DNA of 64,000 bases from assembly GCA_963833985.1 (NCBI GenBank), contig CAWIAD010000001.1, positions 3,424,001 through 3,488,000 of the forward strand, read 5' to 3'. The notes beneath the pieces are model-generated. The model searched no databases and had not been told where the DNA came from. It saw only the letters and a program-made list of their open reading frames with translations. Of this stretch, positions 51,991 through 63,668 are shown piece after piece. This stretch comes from an uncultured Planctomycetaceae bacterium. Lineage in GTDB: Bacteria; Planctomycetota; Planctomycetia; Isosphaerales; Isosphaeraceae. The first letter of the stretch is position 1. Every line of letters begins with the position of its first letter. The position numbers and the translations under genes are program-made.

Positions 51991-52881
51991 CTAGTGGTTC
52001 CAGCGTTGCGCGTTGGCGACGAGAAAATCCCGAAACGCCTGGACGCGCGCGACGGATTTAAGCTCTTCCGGATAGACGAAGTAGGCATCGAGCGCGATCG
52101 GATCGCTGTCGGAAAAAAGTTGCACGAGACCGCCGTCGCCCTCGACCAGGTAATCCGGCAGCATGGCGATGCCGAGGCCGCGCTGACAAGCGCGCAATAT
52201 GCCGAGAATATTGTTGATGACGAGATGCGGCGTGCGCGGTCCCTTGCCGTTGCGCGCCACTTCGGTGAGGTAGAGCGAGCGCTGCAGATAGTTCGGAACA
52301 TTGCCGCCCAGCATAAGCACGCGATGACTGTCGAGGTCTTCGAAGGTGCGCGGCGTGCCGAAGCGTTTGAGATATTCCGGTGACGCATAGACGTGAAAGT
52401 GCACGGAAAACAGCTTGCGCTGGATCAAGTCAGGTTGCGTCGGCTGGCGCAGCCGAATAGCGACATCCGCCTCGCGCATGGCGAGGTCCAACTCCTCTTC
52501 CGTCGTCAACAACGTGATGTGGACTTCAGGATAAATTTCGAGAAACTCCCCGAGCCGCGGCGTCAGCCAATGCACGCCGATGCCCGGCGTCGTCGTCACC
52601 TTGAGGTCGCCGTTCGGCCGGTCGCGGCTGTCGGTCAGCTTCGCGCGGGCAGCCTCAAGCTTCATGAACACGTCGTGGGCGGTGCGAAACAGCAGATCGC
52701 CTTGCTCCGTCAGGAGCAGGCCGCGCGCATGCCGGTGGAACAGCGATACCGCAAGTTCCTGCTCAAGCGCGCTTACCTGCCGCGAGACCGCCGATTGCGA
52801 CAGCCCGAGCTGCTCGCCGGCATGGGTAAAGCTGCCGGCTTCGGCGGCGGCGTGAAACACTTTGAGTTTGTCCCAATCCAT
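51991..52881 (-). CDS. LysR family regulator (VtlR/LsrB ortholog)
   Basis: MDWDKLKVFHAAAEAGSFTHAG...QSAVSRQVSALE; ends AQRWNH; downstream of trxB. Confidence 0.9.
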   Translation of the reverse strand: MDWDKLKVFHAAAEAGSFTHAGEQLGLSQSAVSRQVSALEQELAVSLFHRHARGLLLTEQGDLLFRTAHDVFMKLEAARAKLTDSRDRPNGDLKVTTTPGIGVHWLTPRLGEFLEIYPEVHITLLTTEEELDLAMREADVAIRLRQPTQPDLIQRKLFSVHFHVYASPEYLKRFGTPRTFEDLDSHRVLMLGGNVPNYLQRSLYLTEVARNGKGPRTPHLVINNILGILRACQRGLGIAMLPDYLVEGDGGLVQLFSDSDPIALDAYFVYPEELKSVARVQAFRDFLVANAQRWNH

Positions 52882-52923
52882 ATTCGAACTTTCTGCCGCT
52901 CGGTAATCCAGGAGAGGCGAAAA

Positions 52924-53896
<973 letters not shown>

Positions 53897-54134
53897 CGGC
53901 TTATCCGTCCGTTGAGGCAGGCCTTTGAGGCGTAGGTGGCCTGACCGGAAGCCCCGTGAAGTCGGCTAAAATAGCCCTGGCCAGCCACGCCCCGAACCCG
54001 AGAGCCCAGCATCGACAAGGCTTTGTAGTCAAAAATGTAGGGATTCTTGGCAGCTATGCAAGATACGCAATCCCGGAGTGCAGCCGTCTACTTGCGTGGG
54101 GGTTGGCAGGCTCGCCCGAAGGTCGTTTCAGCAC

Positions 54135-54165
54135 AAAAAAACGCCGCGGGAGTGATCCCGCGGCG
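54135..54165 (-). terminator. Intrinsic terminator after the iorB-like gene
   Basis: CGCCGCGGGA-TCAC-TCCCGCGGCG followed by TTTTTTT. Confidence 0.8.
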
Positions 54166-54198
54166 GGAATTGGCGACGCAAAAGCCTGGCGGTGAAGG

Positions 54199-56417
54199 CT
54201 ATCCTAGCGACTGCTTCACCCGGTCCGGCGACATCGGCAGGTCACGGAGCCGCTTGCCGGTCAGCTGTCCAATCGCGTTGGCGACGGCCGGGGCGACTGT
54301 CGGCACCGCGACTTCGCCGATGCCGGTCGGGGCGGCGTCGGAGGCCACGATCTTGGTGTGGATCTCCGGCATGTCAGCCATGCGCAGGACTGGATAGCTG
54401 TCGAAGTTCGTAGCCTGCGGCGCGCCGTCCTTGAACCGCAATTCCTCGATCAGCGCGGCGCTCAATCCAAACACCATGCCGCTTTCGAGCTGAGCGTGGA
54501 TTTGGTTCGGTTGTACGACGACGCCCGGATCGACCGCCATCCAGAGATTGTGGACGCGGATCTTCCCAGTTTGCTTGTCCACCGAGGCTTCAGCGACGCA
54601 GGCGGTGTAAGTGCCATCATAATTGCAGAATGCAATGCCCTTGCCGCGGTCAGGTTGCTTCTTGGCGAAATCGGACATCTCCGCCACGGCTTTGATCACG
54701 GCGTTGGCGCGCGGGTGATTCTTGGTCAGCTCCAGACGCAGCGACAGCGGATCGCGTCCCATGGCCTGTGCGACTTCGTCGAGGAAGGCTTCGGCGGCAA
54801 ACTTGTTGTAGCCGGTGCCGATGGCCCGCCAAGGCCACACGCGCATACCGTTTTGTTTGCGAACGCCTTCGGCAAGAACACTCAGAATATCATAGGACGC
54901 CGGCTCCATACCCTCCCAGCCGATGATATCGTCGCCGCCGCTGTTTGCGAACGCCGGTGGATTAGCGATGGCGTCAACATTCTCGGCAACCAGCCGATGA
55001 TACCAGGCGATCAGATTGTTGCTGCCGTCGAGACCCGCCTTGAGCGCATGATACGTCATGGGTCGCGTACGCGCCGCCGCCAAATCATCTTCGCGCGTCA
55101 AGATCAGCTTCACCGGCTTTTTCACGATGCTGGCGAGTATCACCGCTTGGATGGCGATGTCGGGCGCCAGTCGCCGGCCGTAGCCGCCGCCGAGAAACTT
55201 CTGGTGCACGACAATCTTGTCCGGCGTGGTCTTAAGAATACCGGAGACGATGAAGGAGATGAGCGCGGCGAACTGCGTCCCTGTCCAGATTTCCGCCGAC
55301 TTGCCGTCTTCGGCCACTACCGCGACCGCATTCATCGGCTCCATCTGGGCATGATAGACGTACTGGGACGAATAGTTGGCTTCCACCACCTTTGTGCCAA
55401 GAAAATCTCCTTCGTTGGCCCAATCTTGTAGGCGACACGCGTCGGCGCCTTGGGGTCCTTGGCGGTGCTGGCATAGTCCTCCATGGCTTTGGCGGAGTCG
55501 AAGCCGTTTGCCGGGCTTCCCGCCATGTCCCAAGTCACTTTCAAAGCGTTGCGGCCGGCCCGCGTCGCCTCCACGCTGCCGCCGATGACGGCGACGCCAA
55601 AGGGGAGCGGAATGACCGCCGCGATGTCTTTCATCTTGGCGACATCGTCAAGGTTGCTGACCGCCGCCTTGGCGCCTTCAGCCGGCGCTTGCAGCACGGA
55701 GGCATAGACCGTGCCTGGAACGTCAACGACGTCGATTCCATACTGGGCACTGCCATTGACCTTGGCGGGAAGGTCGAGCCGACGGACATCGGTGTGGCCG
55801 ATCAGCTTGAATTGCGATGGCTTCTTGAGATCAGCGGCAGTGATCTTCGGCAGCTCTGCAGGAACCGTGGCGAATTTCGCAATATCGCCGTAGCTGATGC
55901 GCTTGCCGGACTTTGCGTGAATGACGAAGCCGTCTGCAGTCGTAAGCTCGGCAGCCGGGACTTTCCATTGCGCCGCCGCATTGTCGATCAGAACCTTGCG
56001 CGCTTGCGCGCCGGCGATGCGCAGTGAATCGAAATAGCCGGAGACCGAGGTGCTGTAGGCGGTGACCTGCGCGCCGTGAAACACCGGATGCGGATTTCCG
56101 TAGATCGGGGGAATTGGCGGAGCGTATTCGACCTTCACTTTCGACCAATCGGCGTCGAGTTCCTCGGCCAGCACCAGCGGTAGCGAAGTCCACACCCCCT
56201 GGCCCATTTCAGCGGACGGGCAGAGCAGCGTCACGGTGTTGTCCGTCCCAATGGTGACCCAGGCATTGAGCTTGCTGGCGTCGGCGGCCAACGCTCGCGC
56301 GCTCCGACCGAGAAGGCCGCCACCCAGCGAAAAGGCGAAGGTCAAGCCGGCGGCACCTTTGACAAAGTCCCGACGATCCATCGGATTCTCGAGTCTGTGA
56401 TTGGTCTGCGCGGTCAT
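54199..56417 (-). CDS. Xanthine-dehydrogenase-family molybdopterin subunit (IorB-like, Tat signal), frameshift near 55410
   Basis: DRRDFVK, EMGQG...LAEELDADW, HAQMEPMN, LGGGYGRR, WRAIG, PTGIGEVAVP...RLRDLP. Confidence 0.88.
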
Positions 56418-56421
56418 GGCT

Positions 56422-56880
56422 TCAGCCCTCCTGCGCGGCGCGCTCAATGGCGCGAACAATGCGTGGATATGTGCCGCAGCGGCAGATGTTGCCGTTCATG
56501 TGTTCAACGATCTGCTCGCGCGTTGGAGTCTTGGTCTTCGCCAGCAGTCCGGCGGCCTGCATGATCTGCCCGGATTGGCAGTAACCGCATTGCGGCACCT
56601 GCTCGGCCAACCAGGCCTTCTGCAGCGGATGGCTCGAATCGGGCGACAGGCCCTCGATCGTCGTCACCTTCTTGTTGGCGACCTGCGAAAGCTGCGTCTG
56701 GCACGAGCGCACGGCCTTGCCGTCGACATGGACCGTGCAGGCGCCGCAAAGTCCGGCGCCGCAGCCGAATTTCGTACCGGTAAGTTTGAGATGTTCGCGA
56801 ACGACCCAAAGAAGCGGCGTATCGGCATCGGCCTCAACGCTCGCGGGTTTGCCATTGATCGTAAAGGCAACCGTCGTCAT
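56422..56880 (-). CDS. (2Fe-2S)-binding subunit (IorA-like)
   Basis: [34 protein letters not shown]. Confidence 0.92.
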   Translation of the reverse strand: MTTVAFTINGKPASVEADADTPLLWVVREHLKLTGTKFGCGAGLCGACTVHVDGKAVRSCQTQLSQVANKKVTTIEGLSPDSSHPLQKAWLAEQVPQCGYCQSGQIMQAAGLLAKTKTPTREQIVEHMNGNICRCGTYPRIVRAIERAAQEG

Positions 56881-57105
56881 GAGTACCTCCCCTTCGTTCG
56901 GTGCTCGTGTGCGGATATGGCTTTGTTTTTTGTTGGTCCGCGCCTCCATCAACGGGCGCGGTTTCTCACGTCCGCATTTCGGACGTTCTCAATTCGTAGG
57001 CGAATTCTTAAAGCTGCACAAGCCGCGCGAACGCGACGCCGCACTTAGCCGCCGCCCGCGCGGCGTCGTCGCCCACCACGCTGTACTGGACGGGCGAAAC
57101 GTGGG

Positions 57106-57579
57106 CTACTTCCACTCGACCTTGACGATCTCGTAGGCCTTGGCGCCACCGGGAGTGACGACCTCGACCTGGACGCCCTTCTTCTTGCCGACGAGAGCGC
57201 GGGCGAGAGGAGAAGTGATGGAAATCTTGCCCTTCTTGGCGTCTGCCTCGGGCTCGCCAACAAGCTGCCACACCGCCTTTTTGTCGGTGTCCTCGTCGAT
57301 CAAGGTCACGGTGGCGCCGAACGTGATTGTTTCACCGGACAGCTTCGATACGTCGATGATCTCGGCACGCGCCAGCTTGTCCTCCAGCTCGGCGATGCGG
57401 CCCTCATTGAGCGACTGCGATTCCTTCGCGGCGTGATACTCGGCGTTCTCGGAAAGGTCGCCGTGCGTGCGCGCGTCAGTTATCTGCTGGATGATGCGGG
57501 GCCGTTCCACCTGCTGGCAATGCTTGAGTTCGGTCTCAAGCGCGCTATAGCCCGCGGCCGTCATCGGAATCTTGTCCAT
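57106..57579 (-). CDS. greA: Transcription elongation factor GreA
   Basis: [34 protein letters not shown]. Confidence 0.95.
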   Translation of the reverse strand: MDKIPMTAAGYSALETELKHCQQVERPRIIQQITDARTHGDLSENAEYHAAKESQSLNEGRIAELEDKLARAEIIDVSKLSGETITFGATVTLIDEDTDKKAVWQLVGEPEADAKKGKISITSPLARALVGKKKGVQVEVVTPGGAKAYEIVKVEWK

Positions 57580-57686
57580 CGTTCTCTATCTCCGTAGCTC
57601 GTAGAGACAAAGTTTAAGTCGCGGGCCGAAGCGTCTCCGGCCCCGCGGCTGAAATCCTGTCTCTACACGCGCCGTCGCTCTGGCCG

Positions 57687-57730
57687 GTCCGATCTTGGAT
57701 CAGTCCGATCTTGGATCAGATCTTGGATCA
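57687..57730. repeat. Tandem repeat spanning the carB stop codon
   Basis: (GTCC)GATCTTGGATCA x3; encodes [10 protein letters not shown]. Confidence 0.85.
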
Positions 57731-60700
57731 GAGGCAGCCGCAAAATAATTTTGCAGCGCACACACCTCAAGGTCACCCCCGAGGTAGGCCTTGATACCCT
57801 GCGCTGCGGCGACGGCCCCTGAGAGAGTGGTGTAGTACGGCACTTTATGCAAGAGGGCTGCCCGCCGCAGCGAACGGCTGTCGGCCAGCGCCGTGGCGCC
57901 TTCGGTGGTGTTGAAAACCAACTGGACTTCGCCGTTCTTGATGGCGTCGACGATGTGCGGCCGCCCCTCGGCAACTTTATTGATCTTGACTGCCGCGACG
58001 CCCTGTTCGGCCAGAAAACGCTGGGTTCCCGACGTCGCCAGGACCTTGAAACCCAACCCGGCGAGGAGGCGGACCGTTTCAAGAATGCGAGGTTTGTCGG
58101 AAGTCCTTCACCGACGCAAAGACGGTTCCGCTTTTCGGCAGCCGGGTGCCGCCGCCCAGCTGGCTCTTGGCGAAGGCGACGTTGTAGTCGCGGTCGATGC
58201 CCATGACCTCGCCGGTCGATTTCATCTCCGGGCCGAGCACGGTGTCGACCTTGTCACCGAAGCGGGCGAAAGGAAAAACCGCCTCCTTCACCCCGATGTG
58301 GCGTGCCGCCGCGAACTCGAAGCTTTGCGGCGGCAATGCAAAACTCGCCAGCGATTCGCCGGCCATGATCCGCGCTGCGATCTTCGCCGCCGGGACGCCG
58401 GTCACCTTGGCGACGAACGGCACCGTACGCGACGCGCGCGGATTGACCTCGAGCACATAGATGGCCCCGTCCTTGATGGCGTATTGCACATTCATCAGGC
58501 CGCCGACCTTGAGCGCCAAAGCCAGGGCGCGGGTTTGCCGGTCAAGCTCGGCGATCGTTTCGGCCGACAGATTGTGCGGCGGCAGCGAGCAAGCGGAATC
58601 GCCGGAATGAATGCCGGCTTCCTCAATATGCTCCATGATGCCCGCGATGTAAGTGTCCTTGCCGTCGGCGATGCAATCGACGTCGACTTCGATCGCATCG
58701 GTCAGGTAGCGATCGATCAACAACGGCCGGCGCTCGGAGACTGCGAGTTCGGAGGGCCGGCCAAGATCGGCGGTGAGGCGCACGAGATAGCGATCGATCT
58801 GGGCCCCGTCATGCACGATCTCCATGGCGCGGCCGCCAAGCACGTAAGACGGGCGGATCACGATCGGATAGCCGATTTCGTCGGCGATCGCGCGCGCCTT
58901 TTCCGGCGACGTGGCGATGCCGCTCTTCGGCTGCAGCAGCTTGAGCCGGTCGAGCAGTTGTTTGAAACGGTCACGATCCTCGGCGAGATCGATGGCGTCC
59001 GGCGAGGTGCCGAGGATCGGCGCCTTCGCTTTCGCCAGCGGTTCGGCGAGCTTGAGCGGCGTCTGTCCGCCGAATTGCACGATGACGCCGTGCAGCGTGC
59101 CATTCCGGCGTTCGGTGTCGATGATCTCGATCACGTCTTCGGCGGTGAGCGGCTCGAAATAAAGCCGGTCGGAGGTGTCGTAGTCGGTCGACACCGTCTC
59201 CGGATTGCAATTGACCATGATGGTCTCGTAGCCGACGTCCTTGAGCGCGAAGGCGGCATGACAGCAGCAATAATCGAACTCGATGCCCTGGCCGATGCGG
59301 TTTGGGCCGCCGCCGAGGATGACCACCTTCTTTTTGTCCGACGGCGCGGCCTCGTCGGCGCCATGGCCGGCGAACGGCGTCTCGTAGGTCGAATACATGT
59401 AGGCGGTCGGCGAGGCGAATTCGGCGGCGCAGCTGTCGATGCGCTTGAACACCGGGCGCACGCCGAGCGCGCGACGCCGTTCGGCGACCTCCTCGACGGC
59501 AAGGCCGGTCAGCCGACCGAGGCGGGCGTCCGAAAAGCCGCTTGCTTTCAGTCGGCGCAACGCGCCGGCGCTCGCCGGAAGTCCCCTGGTGCGAATTTGG
59601 GCCTCGGTTTCGATGATCTGGCGAATTTGTTCCAGGAACCACGGATCGATGCGGCAGGCGGTGTGAATATCGGCGTCGCTCATGCCGAGCCGCATCGCCT
59701 GCGCCACTTTGAGAATGCCGTCCGGCGAGGGCGTGCCGAGCGCCGCACGAATCGCATTCTTGTCATCACCCTGGCCGAGCCCGGGGATCGCGATTTCATC
59801 GAGGCCTGTTAAGCCGGTTTCGAGCGAACGCAGTGCCTTTTGCAAACTCTCCTGGAAGGTGCGGCCGATGGCCATTGCCTCGCCGACCGATTTCATCGAC
59901 GTCGTGAGCACCGGCTCAGCGCCGGGAAACTTCTCGAAGGCGAAGCGCGGCACCTTGGTGACGACGTAGTCGATCGTCGGCTCGAACGAGGCCGGGGTGG
60001 CGCCGCCGGTGATGTCGTTAGCGATCTCGTCGAGCGTGTAACCTACCGCAAGCTTGGCGGCGACCTTGGCGATGGGAAAGCCGGTAGCTTTCGACGCCAG
60101 CGCCGAGGAGCGCGAGACGCGCGGGTTCATCTCGATGACGACGAGGCGGCCGTCGGCCGGATTGACGGCGAACTGCACGTTCGAGCCGCCGGTCTCGACG
60201 CCGATCTCGCGCAACACCGCGATCGAGGCGTCGCGCATGATCTGATATTCCTTGTCGGTCAGAGTCAGCGCCGGCGCCACGGTGATCGAATCACCGGTGT
60301 GCACACCCATCGGATCGATATTCTCGATCGAGCAGACAATGATGCAGTTGTCGTTCCTGTCCCGCACCACCTCCATCTCGTATTCTTTCCAGCCGAGCAC
60401 CGATTCCTCGATCAGCACTTCGCTGGTCGGTGATGCGTCGATGCCGCCTTCAACGATCTCGATGAATTCGGCCTTGTTGTAGGCGATGCCGCCACCGGTG
60501 CCGCCGAGCGTGAACGACGGCCGGATGATGGCCGGCAGCCCGATATCATCGAGTGCTTCGAGCGCCTGGATGAGCGTCTTGATCTGATGCGAGCGCGGCG
60601 TCGCCAGCCCGATCTTGGTCATCGCCTCGCGAAACAACTTGCGGTCTTCGGCCTTGTCGATCGCGGCGGCGGTAGCGCCGATCATCTTGACGTCGAACTT

Positions 60701-61042
60701 TTCCAGCGTGCCCATGCGGCGGAGCGACAGGGCGGTATTGAGCGCGGTCTGTCCGCCCATGGTCGGCAATAACGCGAAACCGCCGGGAATGGCGTATCGC
60801 TCTTTGGCAATGATCTTGGCCACGATCTCCGGCGTGATCGGCTCGATGTAGGTCGCATCCGCCAGATCCGGATCGGTCATGATGGTCGCCGGATTGGAAT
60901 TGACCAGAACGATCCGGTAGCCCTCAGCCTTGAGCGCCTTGCAGGCCTGCGTTCCGGAATAATCGAATTCGCACGCCTGGCCGATGACGATTGGCCCTGC
61001 GCCGATGATGAGGATCGAGGAGATGTCGGTCCGTCTGGGCAT
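57700..61042 (-). CDS. carB: Carbamoyl-phosphate synthase large subunit (frameshift near 58100)
   Basis: [57 protein letters not shown] domain ATSGT...GRPHIVD. Confidence 0.96.
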
Positions 61043-61066
61043 TGCTTCCGTTATTCAAGAAGGCAC

Positions 61067-61146
61067 AAAAAAAGGGCGCGCTTCCGGCGCGTCCCAAGCG
61101 CTTTCAGGCTGAGCGGGTACCGGTCAGCCGCCCGGAAAGCGCGCCT
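61067..61146 (-). promoter_or_regulatory. Attenuator-like leader of carB (terminator plus alternative pairing)
   Basis: Terminator GGGACGCGC-CGGAA-GCGCGCCC-U7 ends about 25 nt before the carB ATG; the upstream segment GGCGCGCUUUCCGG can pair with either GAAAGCGC or the terminator loop and 3' arm. Confidence 0.6.
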
Positions 61147-61360
61147 CTTTAGAGCGTGAGCGTGCGTTCGGACGTAAAACCGGCGGCCACTTTTGCTGAA
61201 CGCACGCCGTGCGGGCGCCGAGGCTCGGCCCCGCGCGAGCGGTCTTTAGACGAGAAAGGCCGGGCAGGGAAGAGGTTCGTCGGCAAGCCCGCGCCGAACA
61301 TTCGCCAATTATTGCCACGCCCCGCGCAAAAAGACCCGGCGGCGGCCTATTGGCATGCAG

Positions 61361-62911
61361 TCACTGCTTTGCTGGCTCGCCCTGGTCCTTTGCTAACGGA
61401 CCACCAGTGATCGAGGTCACGGCCCGATAGGCGTTAGCCAGTCCGGCGCCGGCGTCCGAAGGTCCACCGCTCGCAAATGGCCTGGCCGTGGTCATGATGA
61501 TCGTGCGGACCTGCGCGGGCTTGAGCGACGGTTTGCGTTCGAGCAACAAAGCCACGAGGCCGCTGACATGCGCAGCGGCGACCGAAGTTCCCGTCGTAAG
61601 CTGGTACGATTCATTCGGCGCGAGCGCGAGAATCTCGACACCCGGAGCGGCCACCGCGATGTATTTGCCGCGGTTGGCCAAACTGAACACGCCGTCCTTG
61701 CTGTCGGTCGCGGTTACGCAGATGACGCTGGGATCTGCTGCCGGGTAGAGCGGTGGCGAATTAGGCCCGGCATTTCCGGCCGCCGCGACCAGCACCATGC
61801 CTTTCTCAAACGCTGCCGCGAGCAATCGGCGCATCAATGGGTCGGCGGGCCCGGCAAAGCTCATGTTCACGACGCGCGCATTGTTGTCGGCCGCCCATTG
61901 GAGGCTTTTGTAGATCGCGAAGGAGGTTCCCTTTGAGTCGGCGGCATCGTCGAATGCGCGCGCGACCAGGAGCTGGGCGTCCGGCGCAATACCCATAAGC
62001 TTCTTGTGCGCGGCGATGGCGCCAGCCATCGCAGTGCCGTGCCGATGCGGCTTGTCGTCTCCACCCAGCGCGTCGAAGCTCTTGACGATCGTTGCATCGA
62101 GATCCAAATGCTTCACGTCGACTTCTGAATCGATGATGGCAACGGCAATATTTTTTCCAGTTACAAATTGATGCGCTTGCGCGATTTGGAGCTTGCCCAG
62201 AACGTACTGCGAGGCGTCGCCCTGCCGGTTGGATGGCTTCTTCGCAAGGTCTTCCTGAAGTGAGAAAATATAATTGGGCTGTGCGCTCGCGACCGTGCGT
62301 TCGTCCTCCACCGCGCCGATCGTGTCCGCTACCGAACGGGAGCCGCTGACACGCCAGCGATAGAGCGTGTTGCCGGCCAATGCGAAGCTTTGCGACTCGA
62401 GTTGCGTCAGATCGTACCGGCGCGCGATCTGAGCGATCGCTTGCGGTGTCACGTTTGGTGAAAACACGGTGATGATTTCGTCGGGAACGAAGCGCCGTTC
62501 GCCTCGCGGCGGCACGCCGCTGCCGTTATTGCCACCGGCGCCGCCAGCGCCACCCGCGACGCCTCCGGCCCCGCCGAGATTGGCGTTGCGGCCGGCAGTT
62601 ACTCCCGGGCCGCCAATCGTTCCGGGGCTGCCGCCACCCCTAACTCCCACGCCTCCTCCGTTCCAGCCTGGCGGATGGCCGATGACCCAGCCGCCGCCGC
62701 GGCCGGGCACCATCGCACGTGGTCCGGCGATCGGGCCCCGGGCCGGCCCGCCGAAACCGCCGCCGCGGCCGAATCCGAAACCACCGCGCCCGAACCCGAA
62801 ACCGCCAAACGCCGCCGCCGGGCTCGACGTGCCGATGCCGGATGCGGCAAGAACCAAGCCGACAAGTGTGAGAGCCACGACCATCGGCAGCTTCGTTGCG
62901 GTTTTTCGCAT
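61361..62911 (-). CDS. Secreted S8 (subtilisin-like) serine peptidase with Gly-rich N-terminus and propeptide
   Basis: Triad IIDSEVD / HGTAMAG / GTSVAAAHVSG, oxyanion AAGNAG; signal peptide; FGGFGFGRGG repeats. Confidence 0.92.
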   Translation of the reverse strand: MRKTATKLPMVVALTLVGLVLAASGIGTSSPAAAFGGFGFGRGGFGFGRGGGFGGPARGPIAGPRAMVPGRGGGWVIGHPPGWNGGGVGVRGGGSPGTIGGPGVTAGRNANLGGAGGVAGGAGGAGGNNGSGVPPRGERRFVPDEIITVFSPNVTPQAIAQIARRYDLTQLESQSFALAGNTLYRWRVSGSRSVADTIGAVEDERTVASAQPNYIFSLQEDLAKKPSNRQGDASQYVLGKLQIAQAHQFVTGKNIAVAIIDSEVDVKHLDLDATIVKSFDALGGDDKPHRHGTAMAGAIAAHKKLMGIAPDAQLLVARAFDDAADSKGTSFAIYKSLQWAADNNARVVNMSFAGPADPLMRRLLAAAFEKGMVLVAAAGNAGPNSPPLYPAADPSVICVTATDSKDGVFSLANRGKYIAVAAPGVEILALAPNESYQLTTGTSVAAAHVSGLVALLLERKPSLKPAQVRTIIMTTARPFASGGPSDAGAGLANAYRAVTSITGGPLAKDQGEPAKQ

Positions 62912-62939
62912 GGCAAACTCCCGTATGTCCGACGCGGTT

Positions 62940-62997
62940 ATCTCGTTTGAGTCATCTCGTTTGAGTCATCTCGTTTGAGTCATCTCGTTTAAGTCAT
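62940..62997. repeat. 14-bp tandem repeat x4 between the anti-sigma and peptidase genes
   Basis: ATCTCGTTT(G/A)AGTC x4, overlapping the anti-sigma TGA. Confidence 0.92.
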
Positions 62998-63668
62998 GGC
63001 GTTTCAGCAACGGCGATGAAGCCGACCACCTTGTCCTGCTGCAGCGTCTTTACGATGCGGTCGAGTTCTGGCTTCGGAGTTTTGGCCGCCGCGATGCGCA
63101 CGCGGTACAGTCCGCCCGCGGATGGACCGCCCGAAATGCTCAATTTGTTGGTCTCCAGGAACGCCGTGATGTCGGCGGCGGTGGCCTGCGGCTGGAAACG
63201 GACCAGGGCAAAGGCACCGTCGGCGGCGACTTTCGTCGACACCGATGCTGTCTCGTAGCCCGCGTTCTGCTCCTTGATCAGGATGCCCGCGATGAATCCG
63301 GCTTGCAGAACGATGGCGAGTGCTGCCGCGCTCGCCGACCAGGCGAGCGTGCGCGGCGACAGCGCGGTGAAAAACTCCCGGATGCGTGCGCCGAGATTTA
63401 GCGATGCGGCCGCATGGCGCGCCGGTTCGGCATCGATCTTGGCGAACAGCGCCTGCATGGCACGCGGCGACGGCGCGCCCAGAGTCTCGTTGAGATGGAT
63501 GGTCTGCGCGAGTTCTTCGCGCACCAGTTCGTAGCGGCGGGCGAGCTCGGGGTCGGTGGCGAGCGCGGTTTCCACGCGCTGCATGTCGCGCTGGCCGAGC
63601 GTTCCTGCCGCGTGCCAGGGCAGGAGCTCCTCGATGTTGCCGCGGTCCTTCTCAGTTCCCGTGTTCAT
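62994..63668 (-). CDS. Putative transmembrane anti-sigma factor
   Basis: IEELLPWHAAGTL...VETALA (ASD-like, lacking Zn ligands), one TM helix (AALAIVLQAGFIAGILI), C-terminal extracytoplasmic domain; ATGA-coupled to the sigma gene. Confidence 0.8.
   Translation of the reverse strand: MNTGTEKDRGNIEELLPWHAAGTLGQRDMQRVETALATDPELARRYELVREELAQTIHLNETLGAPSPRAMQALFAKIDAEPARHAAASLNLGARIREFFTALSPRTLAWSASAAALAIVLQAGFIAGILIKEQNAGYETASVSTKVAADGAFALVRFQPQATAADITAFLETNKLSISGGPSAGGLYRVRIAAAKTPKPELDRIVKTLQQDKVVGFIAVAETP

Noticed and set aside
57620..57647. greA leader attenuator
   Set aside because: A GC hairpin is present but with a weak U-tract; it cannot be distinguished from a simple carB terminator or processing stem.
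57893..59812. Long antisense ORFs (also 3374-4417, 8983-10029, 42025-43233, 52393-53529)
   Set aside because: Shadow frames of well-supported genes, with no recognisable motifs.
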